DNA of 64,000 nucleotides from Octopus sinensis. Its lineage: Eukaryota. This document shows, piece by piece, positions 37,969 through 49,879 of this stretch (position 1 is the stretch's first letter; each line of letters opens with the position of its first letter). Where the stretch lies: NCBI RefSeq assembly GCF_006345805.1, contig NC_043024.1:11594001-11658000 (forward strand), read 5' to 3'. Below the pieces are notes generated by a model that ran no database searches, had not been told where the DNA came from, and was given only the letters and a program-made list of their open reading frames with translations. The translations under genes and the position numbers were made by a program.

Positions 37969-38689
37969 CTGAAAAGATAAAGTTTCAAAATTACTTTCAT
38001 TTACGTTTATATATTTGTTTTGCAGGATTCTTGATGTGAAACCGTGTGTTGAAGCAGATATTGTTGTATTTAGGAACAGTCAGGTTGCCAGTCTAGCCAA
38101 TAAAAACACACACACACACACACTATGTATTTGGTCACACAACCCTTATGAGGTCACAGAAGTGTGGCGAAAGAACTCTGGCCGAAATAAGATTAAGATT
38201 AATGTAAAAAATAAATAAAATAAATAAATATAGCGCAGGAGTGGCTGTGTGGTAAGTAGCTTGCTTACGAACCACATGGTTCCGGGTTCAGTCCCACTGC
38301 GTGGCACCTTGGGCATGTGTCTTCTATTATAGCCTCGGGCACACCAAAGCCTTGAGAGTGGATTTGGCAGATGGAAACTGAAAGAAGCCCGTCGTATATA
38401 TGTGTATATATATATGTATATGTATGTGTGTGTATATGTTTGTGTGTCTGTGTTTGTCCCCCTAGCATTGCTTGACAACCGATGCTGGTGTGTTTATGTC
38501 CCTATCACTTAGCGGTTCGGCAAAAGAGGCTGATAGAATAAGTACTGGGCTTACAAAGAATAAGTCCCGGGGTCGATTTGCTCGACTAAAGGTGGTGCTC
38601 CAGCATGGCCGCAGTCAAATGACTGAAACAAGTAAAAGAGTAAAAGCTGAAGTAAATTAACACCAAATATCTGAGCAAATTTGGCTTAC

Positions 38690-39175
38690 GGCTGTTTATA
38701 GAAGTCAATCATGACTACTATAAACGCCTTACTTCCCTGGGCATGGATACAGTGAAACTCCAATGTCTGGCAGCTGACTTGGCAGACACCCATAAAATTA
38801 TTAACCATCTTACAAACAATAACTCTGAGCACCTTTTCAAACTCCACCTGTCTAACACCCATGGACATGCTTACAAAGTCAGAAAACAGCACAGCTCCCA
38901 TGACTTTCGGAAACATTTTTTCATGCTAAGAGTTGCTGAAGCATGGAACAAACTGCCGGCATCAGTTGTTAGTTGTCGGAGCACTGCATCCTTCAAAACT
39001 TCCATGCTTTCTGAGATTTGCCAACACTACACCTGATTTTCTCCCCTCCATACACATGTAAGCATATATCTGACTCATACATTGTTCGCTTCCCAGACAT
39101 TTGTACGTTACTGCATATGCTTTATACACACTTTTTGACAAGTTGTGGTGCACCTGAGCACCATATGCAATAATT
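38690..39175 (+). mobile_element. Second CR1/L2-like LINE 3' fragment
   Basis: LAADLADTHKIINHLTNNNSEHLFKLHLSNT.GHAYKVRKQ...HFF.LRVAEAWNKLP. Confidence 0.8.
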
Positions 39176-40287
39176 TCATTATTATTATTTTTTATTATAT
39201 GAAATAATCATTGACAGGCACAACCCAGCCTCAGGAATAAAGTTAAGCTAGATTTATGGTCTAATTCTTTTGAAGTACTCCCCTGGTTTAGGAACATTAA
39301 GGATAAAGGGCACACTAGGTTTATACAGATCACCGTGACCGACCAGGCTATCAGATGTTGCTACACATCGCTGGCCACAATGCGCTTCGCATTGTTTTAG
39401 CCTTCAAATGACGCCATCCAGCTGGTTAAGCAAGCAGGCCAGTTTATACAGATCATCATCATCATCATCATCGTTTAGCGTCCGTTTTCCATGCTAGCAT
39501 GGGTTGGATGGTTCAACTGGGGTCTGGGTAGCCAGAAGGCTGCACCAGGCCCAGTCTGATCTGGCAATGTTTCTACGGCTGGATGCCCTTCCTAACGCCA
39601 GATAGACATCTATAATTAATACACCTCCATAAACCCTGTACTGCTAAACAAGGCACTTATATTTGATAGGAAATGGCACGTAAAAAGCACCATCCGATCG
39701 TGGCCGTTTGCCAGCCTTGTTTGGCATGTAAAAAGCACCCACTACACTCATGGAGTGGTTGGCGTTAGGAAGGGCATCCAGCTGTAGAAACACTGCCAGA
39801 TCAGACTGGAGCCTGGTGCAGCCATCTGGCTTCCCAGACCCCAGTTGAACCGTCCAACCCATGCTAGCATGGAAAGCGGACGCTAAATGATGATGATGAT
39901 GATGATGTGCGTGTGTTTTTATTGGCTAAACTGGCAACATGACCATTCCTAAATACAACAATATTTTCTTTTAAATTCCAGAAAAATTTCTGATTGTGCA
40001 TGTAGAGGGGTGGTGGTGGGGGTTGAAGACAAGTCCTTCCGTCACAAAAAAACCCCCAACAATAGTTATGTTGGTTATTCGACTAAAAATAAAACCAGGA
40101 ATGCAGGAAAGAATACAAAGCACTTTTGTATGACATTAATTTCTCTCTCTCTCTCTCTCACGAGGAATATTCCGGAAGTGTTGAGATTTTTTTAGGAGTG
40201 GCACTTATAACTGTCCTAGATTACAGTAAGTTTACTATAACATGACTGTTCTATACGGAACTGTGTTCCTACATTTTAACCCCATAA

Positions 40288-41254
40288 GGCGGCCAGCTGG
40301 CAGAATCGTTAGCACGCTGGGCGAAATACTTAGCGGTATTTCGTCTGTCGTTATGTTCTGAGTTCAAATTCCGCCGAGGTCGACTTTGCCTTTCATCCTT
40401 TCGGGGTCGATAAATTAAGTACCAGTTATGCACTGGAGTCGATGTAATCGACTTAATCCCTTTGTCTGGCCTTGTTTGTCCCCTCTGTGTTTAGCCCCTT
40501 GTGGGTAGTAAAGAAATAGGTATTTCGTCTGCCGCTACGTTCTGGGTTCAAATTCTGCCGAGGTCGACTTTGCCTTTCATCCTTTCAGAGACGATAAATT
40601 AAGTACCAGTTACGCACTGGGGTAGATATAATCGACTTAATCCGTTTATCTGTCCTTGTTTGTCCCCTCTGTGTTTAGCCCCTTGTGGGTAGTAAAGAAA
40701 TAGGTATTTCGTCTGCCGCTACGTTCTGAGTTCAAATTCCGCCGAGATCAACTTTGCCTTTCATCCTCTCAAGGTCGATTAAATAAGTGCCAGTTACGCA
40801 CTGGGGTCGATGTAATAGACTTAATCCGTTTGTCTGTCCTTGTTTGTCCCCTCTGTGTTTAGCCCCTTGTGGGTAATAAAGAAATAGGTATTTCGTCTGC
40901 CGTTACGTTCTGGGTTCAAATTCTGCCGAGGTCGACTTTGCCTTTCATCCTTTTGGGGTCGATAAATTAAGTACCGGTTTCGCACTGGGGTCGATGTAAT
41001 CGACTTAATCCCTTTGTCTGTCCTTGTTCGTCCCCTCTGTGCTTAGCCCCTTGTGGGTAGTAAAGAAATAGGTATTTCGTCTGCCGCTACGTTCTGAGTT
41101 CAAATTCTGCCGAGGTCGACTTTGCCTTTCATCCTTTCGGGGTCGATAAATTAAGTACCAGTTTCGCACTGGGGTCGATGTAATCGACTTAATCCCTTTG
41201 TCTGTCCTTGTTTGTCCTCTCTGTGTTTAGCCCCTTGTGGGTAGTAAAGAAATA
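40288..41254 (+). repeat. SINE family B head followed by five head-to-tail 184-bp body units
   Basis: GGTATTTCGTCTG recurs at 40335, 40519, 40703, 40887 and 41071. Confidence 0.9.
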
Positions 41255-41799
41255 TACATTTTAGCCCCAGGAAAATGTCTTTTGCAGCTGGTTAATGACA
41301 CAGAACCTGTGTCATCCTCCTCCTCCTCATCATCGTTTAACGTCCGCTTTCCATGCTGGCATGGGTTGGACGATTTTGACTGGGGGCTGGCAAACTAGAT
41401 GGCTGCACCAGGCTCCAATCTTGATTTGGCAGAGTTTCTACAGCTGGATGCCCTTCCTAATGCCAACCACTCCGAGAGTGTAGTGGGTGATTTTACGTGC
41501 CACCGGCACTGGGGGGGGGGGTCTAGTCAGGCAGCACTGGCAACGACCTCGCTCAAATCTTTTTACACATGCCACCGGCACAGGTGCCAGTAATCTGATA
41601 TACATATATACTGGCTGAATTACATGGTGATACCTGGGAAAGCAGGGTTTATTTCCAGTTCCTGTTCCCTTTACACTGTTTCATGTCCTGTCCTGCTCCC
41701 TGCTCAGTTCCCCTTTTAGTTCCATTCCAATTCCTATCCCTAATCTTATGTCAATATATAATTTTTAGAATCAGGTGTAATTAAGCCATTAAATATTTG

Positions 41800-42762
41800 A
41801 TTAACCTTTATGGTAATAGTTCATTGCTAAAAATAAGTATTACAAACTATTAATACAATTAGTGGGTGAATAACGAATGTTCCTCTATCATTTTAACTAA
41901 TGAATATGCATCTGGGTAAAATAAATGAGTTGACTGGTAATACCAGGAAAGCAGGGGTTATTCCCAGTTCCTATTAACCATTACACTGTTTTATGTCCTA
42001 TCCCCTTTCCTATTCAGTTCCCCTCTTTATGCCCACCCTGTCGTTAATGGTAATAGTTTATTGCTAAAATAATTATTACAAACTATTAATACAATTAGTG
42101 GGTGAATAACGAATTTAATTAATGAATATGCATCTGGGTAAAATAAATGAGTTGACTGGTAATACCAGGAAAGCAGGGGTTATTCCCAGTTCCTGCTAAC
42201 CATTACACTGTTTTATGTCCTATCCCCTTTCCTATTCAGTTCCCCTCTTTATGCCCACCCTGTCGTTAATGGTAATAGTTTATTGCTAAAATAATTATTA
42301 CAAACTATTAATACAATTAGTGGGTGAATAACGAATTTAATTAATGAATATGCATCTGGGTAAAATAAATGAGTTGACTGGTAATACCAGGAAAGCAGGG
42401 GTTATTCCCAGTTCCTGCTAACCATTACACTGTTTTATGTCCTATCCCCTTTCCTATTCAGTTCCCCTCTTTATGCCCACCCTGTCGTTAATGGTAATAG
42501 TTTATTGCTAAAATAATTATTACAAACTATTAATACAATTAGTGGGTGAATAACGAATTTAATTAATGAATATGCATCTGGGTAAAATAAATGAGTTGAC
42601 TGGTAATACCAGGAAAGCAGGGGTTATTCCCAGTTCCTGCTAACCATTACACTGATCCATGTCCTATCCCCTTTCCTATTCAGTTCCCCTCTTTATGCCC
42701 ACCCTGTCGTTAATGGTAATAGTTTATTGCTAAAATAAGTATTACAAACTATTAATACAATT
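41800..42762. repeat. 222-bp tandem repeat, about 4 copies
   Basis: TACCAGGAAAGCAGGGG at 41941, 42163, 42385 and 42607. Confidence 0.9.
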
Positions 42763-43062
42763 GGAAGTGCAATGGCCCAGTGGTTAGAGCAGCGGACTCG
42801 CGATCGTAGAATCGTGGTTTCGATTCCCAGACTGGGCGTTGTGAGTGTTTATTGAGCGAAAACGCATAAAGCTCCACGAGTCTCCGGCAGGGGGTGGTGG
42901 CGATCCCTGCTGTACTCTTTCGCCACAACTTTCTCTCACTCTTTCTTCTGTTGGCCTGCTTGCTTAGCCAGTGGAGTGGCGTCATTTGAAGGCTAAAACT
43001 ATGCGAAGCGCACTGTGACCAGCGATGTGTAGCAACATCTGATAGCCTGGTCGATCACGGTG
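42763..43062 (+). mobile_element. Full-length tRNA-derived SINE (family D) with 12-bp TSD
   Basis: A-box TGGCCCAGTGG, B-box-like GTTTCGATTCC, and TSD ATTAATACAATT at 42751-42762 and 43063-43074. Another copy at 54838-55130 (-). Confidence 0.85.
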
Positions 43063-44029
43063 ATTAATACAATTAGTGGGTGAATATTACTGTCCAGTAT
43101 TGTTACTACTTATATCTCGTTAAGAGATTTTAGAACTAGCTATATTACTACCATTACTAAACATTTAATAAGTTAGTCTGCCAACCTTTGTTATTCCAAA
43201 TTGAAGGGGTCAGTAGCAACAACCCTTTCACCCTTTTTTGCCTGCCTTTACTCTTTTACTTGTTTCAGTCATTTGACTGCGGCCATGCTGGAGCACCGCC
43301 TTTAATCGAGCAACTCGACCCCGGGACTTATTCTTTTGTAAGCCCAGTACTTATTCTATCGGTTCTTTTGCCGAACCGCTAAGTAACGGGGACATAAACA
43401 CACCAGCATTGGTTGTCAAGCAATGCTAGGGGGACAAACAAAGACACACAAACACACATACATATATATATATATATACATATATACGACTCACAAATCC
43501 ACTCACAAGGCTTTGGTTGGCCCGAGGCTATAGTAGAAGACACTTGCCCAAGGTGCCACGCAGTGGGACTGAACCCGGAACCATGTGGTTGGTAAGCAAG
43601 TTACTTACCACACAGCCACTCCTACGCATATGACGGGCTTCTTTCAGTTTCCGTCTTCCAGATCCACTCACAAGGCTTTGGTCGGCCCAAGGCTATAGCA
43701 GAAGACACTTACCCAAGGTGCCACGCAGTAGGACTGAACCCGGAACCATGTGGTTGGTAAGCAAGCTACTTACCACACAGCCGCTCCTGTGCCTAAAGAG
43801 CCTTTGTTTCAATTAATTTTTAAAATAACGAATAATTTAGTAAAATAACATTCTTATTGTTAAGTCAGGGTCTGGAACAATTTAGCAGAAAACTTTGATA
43901 GAAGATTATAATTTAGACCACTTTAAATCAGAACCTGGGGTGGTCTCAGGTAGGTTGGTATCAAAAGGGTTAAACACATCCTACTAAACACTGCTCGTTA
44001 CAACTGATTAGTTTGCAGAATGCAGTTGG

Positions 44030-44430
44030 GATGTTTGGAAGGTCGATATGCAATGAAGTTTTGTGTTAAACTAGGCAAAAGCACTACAGAGACTTATGGA
44101 ATGCTCCAGGCTGGTCGTGGATTATCTTGTATGGGTTGAGCATCTGTTTTTCACTGGCAAAAGAGGCTAGGGGAAAGTAAACCCACCTGGAAGCTCGTGA
44201 TAATCCCCTTACAACAAGGGCATCATCTACATCCACTGGGTTCCCTCTGGCCAGACGGTCAACAAAAAGTACTTTGTAGAGGTTTTGAAGGAGTTCAGGA
44301 AGAAATTTTATGCAAAAAGCCGGAGCATCGGCATCAAGACAATGCACCGGTCCACAGTCCCGTTCTTGGAACCAAATACTTGGCAGAGATGGGAATCAAA
44401 AATGTCCCTCACTCCATCATTTTATTTTCC
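44030..44430 (+). mobile_element. Tc1/mariner transposase remnant
   Basis: CVKLGKSTTETYGML, VNKKYFVEVL, HQDNAPVH motifs across broken frames. Confidence 0.75.
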
Positions 44431-45036
44431 CCTCCAGAATAATCTCAATGCTTTTTTCGAAACATATGTTGGAAGTATAAATGATTTGAATAACACCTGC
44501 GTTTGGGTCCATTTCTTAATTTATCCATACATATATATATATATATATATATATAACGTAAAGTATACTAGCCATCTCAATATGGCTAACCACTAAGGGT
44601 GGGTGTTACTGTAGCTTTTAGCCCCAGGAGATCATCGTCTCCAGCTGGCTTTAGACACACTTTCTGTGCCCTTATGATATTTGCAAAGGGAGGTCATATA
44701 TATATAAAATATTAGAAAAAAACCACCTTTTATCAATTCAAAATGAATAATTAAATTAAATAATTAAATGGTGTAATTTAATTGATAAAAGTGAATTGAT
44801 AAAAGGTGTTTTTTTTCTAATATTTTATATATATTATATTGTATGGAATTTGATTTAGTATTTCTAAATTGAATTCTTTTTCCTTGTAAGTTTGGATTTT
44901 ATTCCCTCATATAATAATTATATATGTATGTATGTATATGCATATATCACACCCAAGCCAGTAGCATTCATGGTTGAGTATTCAAGTGAAGTCTGTGGAT
45001 AAAATACGAAAAAATTACATAAAATATACACGGTAC

Positions 45037-45162
45037 CTTGTGCTTCTTTATTGAAGCATTTTGCCATGAAATCTTGATGCCATCCTTTATGCATTGACCA
45101 TTTTTCACATCGCAGGCATAACCCTCAGGGCAGCAATGGGTCCTGTCTGAACAACATTCAGC
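45037..45162 (-). CDS. GRN: Progranulin exon (C-half module 1)
   Basis: cttgttccag| ... AAG|gtaccg, 126 nt. Encodes AECCSDRTHCCPEGYACDVKNGQCIKDGIKISWQNASIKKHK. Confidence 0.9.
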
Positions 45163-45829
45163 CTGGAACAAGAAAGTACAACAACATGGAAATATAAAGA
45201 AGATTGCACAAATAAACAAAACAAATAATTATTATAATTTCCAAAGGGGCCACAAGGCTTAAAGGTACAGAGCCCTCAGCTGGTATCTGAGAGGCGTTAG
45301 GAAGGGCATCCAGCTGTAGAAACTCTGCCAGATCAGATTGGAGCCTGGTGCAGCCATCTGGTTTACCAGACCTCAGTCAAATTGTCCAACCCATGCTAGC
45401 ATGGAAAACGGATGTTAAACGATGATGATGATGATGTTGCGGTCTGCAGCAACTCCCTAAGGGTCAGTTGATGTTTAGAGGGGTTGGGAATTTTCTTCAG
45501 AATAAAATATTTAAATTGGGTGAGGTTATAAACCAGAAGCAATACTTGTATCTTTTATTGTTTACTTGTTATAGTCGTTAGACTGTGGCCATGCTGGGGC
45601 ACCACCGTGAGGAATTTTAGTCAAACTAATCAACCCCAGTACTTCCCATTTTTTTTTAAAGCCTGGTACTTACTCTACTGGTCCCTTTTGTGTCTTCTAC
45701 TATAGAAGTGGTTCCCAAACTGGGTGGTTAAGCCTCCTGGGGGCGGTGGTAAGTTCCAAGGGGGTGTTGAAGAGGGGTGATTCATGTAAAAGCATCAAAA
45801 TAATGGCCTCATTAGGTTAAGCTTTATTT

Positions 45830-46695
45830 GTGGCTTTATATAGCTATGGTGCGGCCTCACCTGGAATTTGCATCACCGGTCTGGAACCCCTATCTTGCCC
45901 AGGATATCAATCGTCGACGTGCAACCAAAAGAATACCCTCCATCAGGCATTTGCCATATTCTGAACACCTTACTTCCCTGGGCATGGACACATTGAAACT
46001 CTGACGTCTGGCAGCTGACTTGGCAGACACCCATAAAATTATTAACCATCGTACAAACAATAACTCTGAGCACCTTTTCAAACTCCACCTGTCTAACACC
46101 CGTGGACATGTTTACAAAGTCAGAAAACAGCACAGCTCCCATGACCTTCGGAAACATTTTTTCACACTAAGAGTTGCTGTAGCATGGAACAAACTGCCGG
46201 CATCAGTTGTTAGTTGTCGGAGCACTGCATCCTTCAGAACTTCCATGCTTCCTGAGATTCGCCAACACTACACCTGATTTTCTCCCCTCCATACACACGC
46301 AAGCATGTATCTGACAACCAAGGCATGGACACACTGAAAATCCGATGCCTAGCAGCTGACTTGGCAGACACCCATAGAATTATTAACCATCTTACAAACA
46401 ATAACTCTGAGCACCTTTTCAAACTCCACCCGTCTAACACCCGTGGACATGTTTTACAAAGTCAGAAAACAGCACAGCTCCTTCCATGACTTTCGGAAAC
46501 ATTTTTTCACGCTGAGAGTTGCTGAAGCATGGAACAAACTGCTGGCATCAGTTGTTAGTTGTCGGAGCACTGCATCCTTCAAAACTTCCATGCTTCCTGA
46601 GATTCGCCAACACTACACCTGATTTTCTCTCCCCTCCATACACACGCAAGCATGTATCTGACTCATACACTGTTCACTTCCCAGACATTTTTACA
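45830..46695 (+). mobile_element. CR1/L2-like LINE 3' fragment with internal tandem duplication; tail resumes at about 47639-47710
   Basis: Same family as 38690. The segment of about 300 bp at 45990-46300 repeats at 46320-46640. Confidence 0.8.
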
Positions 46696-47638
46696 TTAAC
46701 CCTTTAGCATTTAACCCTTTCGTTACCAACCCGGCTGAAACCGGCTCTGGCTCTGAGTACAAATGTCTTGTTTTCATAAGTTCTGAATTAAAATCTTCCA
46801 CCAAACCTTAGTCACAATTTATGTTCCTAACACTAGCTTAATGATAACCAATTTATTTTACTAAATTCTTTGTTATATTTAAAGTAATTGAAAGAAACAC
46901 AGAGCATCTAAACAGAAATATGGTAACAAAAGGGTTAAAATATATAATAGAGAAACAATTTTTACCCTTTCGATACCAACCTGGTTGAAACCACCTCTGG
47001 CTCTGTAGTATAAATGTCTTGTTTTCAAAAGTTCTGAATTAAAATCTTCCACCAAACCTTAGTCACAATTTATGTTCCTAACACCAGCTTAATGATAACC
47101 AAGTTATTTTACTAAATTCTTTGTTATATTTAAAATAATTGAAAGAAACACAGAGCATCTCAACAGAAATATGGTAACAAAAGGGTTAAAATATATAATA
47201 GAGAAACAATTCTTAACCCTTTCGTTACCAACCCGGCTGAAACCGGCTCTGGCTCTGAGTACAAATGTCTTGTTTTCATAAGTTTTGAATTAAAATCTTC
47301 CACCAAACTTTAGTCACAATTTATGTTCCTAACCCTAGCTTAATGATAACTAAGTTATTTTACTAAATTCTTTCTTATATTTCAAGTAATTGAAAGAAAC
47401 ACAGAGCATCTCAACAGAAATATGGTAACGAAAGGGTTAAACCGGTCATATCCAGCCAAAGGTATTCTGCCTGTTTTATGGTCAAACTGGCCAGATCTGG
47501 TCTCTCACACCAACCCTACAATATTGTTTTAAAAATTAACAGCTACCTCATCAAAATCTCATAGCTACAAGATAATGCATGATTAGTGGATGAAAAAAGA
47601 TTAATTTTGGTAGAATAATGCGAACACTAAAGGGTTAA
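46696..47638. mobile_element. Nested piggyBac-type MITEs (outer element containing three tandem copies of a ~220-bp inner element)
   Basis: TTAA-CCCTTT...AAAGGG-TTAA termini. Inner copies start at 46715, 46965 and 47217. Confidence 0.8.
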
Positions 47639-47814
47639 GACACATGCTTTATACGCACTTTTGACAAGTTAGTGTGCACCTGAGCACTGTATACAATAAT
47701 CTCATTATTTAATTACATTAAAAGCATGCAATGGTCCTGGGGCAATGGTAAACCAGGTTTCAGGTTATACTTACCAATGTGAGAAACATGTGAGGAAAGA
47801 AGCTTGAGAGGCGG

Positions 47815-48175
47815 TTGGATGGAACCTACACTCGCCTCCTTATGAGAGCTCAAAATCTCTCGTGGAAGCGTCATCCAACCAAAATGCAAATATATGGGAA
47901 GCTACCACCTGTGTCATCTCTTGTGAAAGGTAGAAGAGTCCAGCTTGCTGGACATTGTTGTAGAGCTGAAAACGAGGTAATTTCTATTCTTCTCCTCTGG
48001 AAGCCATCTACTCGCAATACCAGAGGGCGCACACTCTCCTACCCTGATGTAATCTCCAGGGATACAGGCATCCAGCAACAGGACCTCCGCAATGCTATGA
48101 TGGACTGTGAAGTCTGGCGTAACATGGTAAATTCCATTGTCTCGATCACGGTCGAACAATGAATGATGATGATGA
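47815..48175 (+). mobile_element. RTE-type LINE 3' fragment
   Basis: DGTYTRLLMRAQNLSWKRHPT...RRVQLAGHC.R...LLWKP...RGRTLSYPDVI; (GAT)n tail. Confidence 0.75.
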
Positions 48176-48208
48176 GGAAATTTTATGAAATCTGGAAAAA
48201 ATACTTAC

Positions 48209-48373
48209 ATTCTTATAGATACAACAAGCATATTCATTGGGGCCAATAAGGCAACAGGTACCGTTCGTGCAGGTGGCTACTTTACTGGAACACAGATCGT
48301 CATAACGGTTGTAGAAGAGTTTTCCTCCTTGGACGGCAGACAAGAACAGAACGGCAAAGAGGGAGTACAACAT
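48209..48373 (-). CDS. GRN: Progranulin first coding exon (signal peptide and N-half module 1)
   Basis: Acceptor tcttctttag|GAAATG puts the ATG 3 nt into the exon. Encodes MLYSLFAVLFLSAVQG (hydrophobic signal) KLFYNRYDDLCSSKVATCTNGTCCLIGPNEYACCIYKN|gtaagt. Confidence 0.92.
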
Positions 48374-48418
48374 TTCCTAAAGAAGACAAAAAAATACATG
48401 AAAAATAAACGGAAAAGG

Positions 48419-49531
48419 CGCAGGAGTGGCTGTGTGGTAAGTAGCTTGCTAACCAACCACATGGTTCTGGGTTCAATCCCACTGCGTGGCATCTTGGGCA
48501 AGTGTCTTCTACTATAGCCTTGGGCCGACCAAAGCCTTGTGAGTGGATTTGGTAGACAGAAACTGAAAGAAGCCTGTCGTAGGAGTGGCTGTGTGGTAAG
48601 TAGCTTGCTAACCAACCACATGGTACTGGGTTCAGTCCCACTGCGTGGCATCTTGGGCAAGTGTCTTCTACTATAGCCTCGGGCCAACCAAAGCCTTGTG
48701 AGTGGATTTGGTAGACGGAAACTGAAAGAAGCCTGTCGTAGGAGTGGCTGTGTGGTAAGTAGCTTGCTAACCAACCACATGGTACTGGGTTCAGTCCCAC
48801 TGCGTGGCATCTTGGGCAAGTGTCTTCTACTATAGCCTCGGGCCAACCAAAGCCTTGTGAGTGGATTTGGTAGACAGAAACTGAAAGAAGCCTGTCGTAG
48901 GAGTGGCTGTTTGGTAAGTAGCTTGCTAACCAACCACATGGTTCTGGGTTCAATCCCACTGCGTGGCATCTTGGGCAAGTGTCTTCTACTATAGCCTCGG
49001 GCCGACCAAAGCCTTGTGAGTGGATTTGGTAGACGGAAACTGAAAGAAGCCTGTCGTAGGAGTGGCTGTGTGGTAAGTAGCTTGCTAACCAACCACATGG
49101 TTCTGGGTTCAATCCCACTGCGTGGCATCTTGGGCAAGTGTCTTCTACTATAGCCTCGGGCCGACCAAAGCCTTGTGAGTGGATTTGGTAGACGGAAACT
49201 GAAAGAAGCCTGTCGTAGGAGTGGCTGTGTGGTAAGTAGCTTGCTAACCAACCACATGGTTCTGGGTTCAGTCCCACTGCGTGGCATCTTGGGCAAGTGT
49301 CTTCTACTATAGCCTCGGGCTGACCAAAGCCTTGTGAGTGGATTTGGTAGACGGAAACTGAAAGAAGCCTATCGTAGGAGTGGCTGTGTGGTAAGTAGCT
49401 TGCTAACCAACCACATGGTTCTGGGTTCAATCCCACTGCGTGGCATCTTGGGCAAGTATCTTCTACTATAGCCTCGGGCCGACCAAAGCCTTGTGAGTGG
49501 ATTTGGTAGACGGAAACTGAAAGAAGCCTGT
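48419..49531 (+). repeat. Seven tandem 159-bp SINE-A head units
   Basis: CG(C/T)AGGAGTGGCTG at 48419, 48578, 48737, 48896, 49055, 49214 and 49373, followed by one normal SINE tail to about 49790. Confidence 0.95.
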
Positions 49532-49879
49532 CATATATATGTATATATATATATATGTATGTGTGTCTGTGTTTGTCCCCCTAGCATTGCTTGACAACCG
49601 ATGCTGGTGTGTGTTTACGTCCCCGTCACTTAGCGGTTCGGCAAAAGAGTCCGATAGAATAAGTACTGGGCTTACAAAGAATAAGTCCCGGGGCCGATTT
49701 GCTCGACTAAAGGCGGTGCTCCAGCATGGCCGCAGTCAAATGACTGAAACAAGTAAAAGAGTAAAAAGTAAAAGAGTAGGAAACAAATGTATAAAAATAA
49801 AAAATAGAGGGTGTCTCAGAATTATCTATCAATTTCTATGGAATTGGGAAAACTGACAGAATTTTAGGTTTATTAGTTA

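Noticed and set aside
48277-49436. 339-aa and 378-aa repeat ORFs
   Set aside because: Produced by the 159-bp (53-codon) SINE head array. The same peptides recur in every SINE copy in the window.
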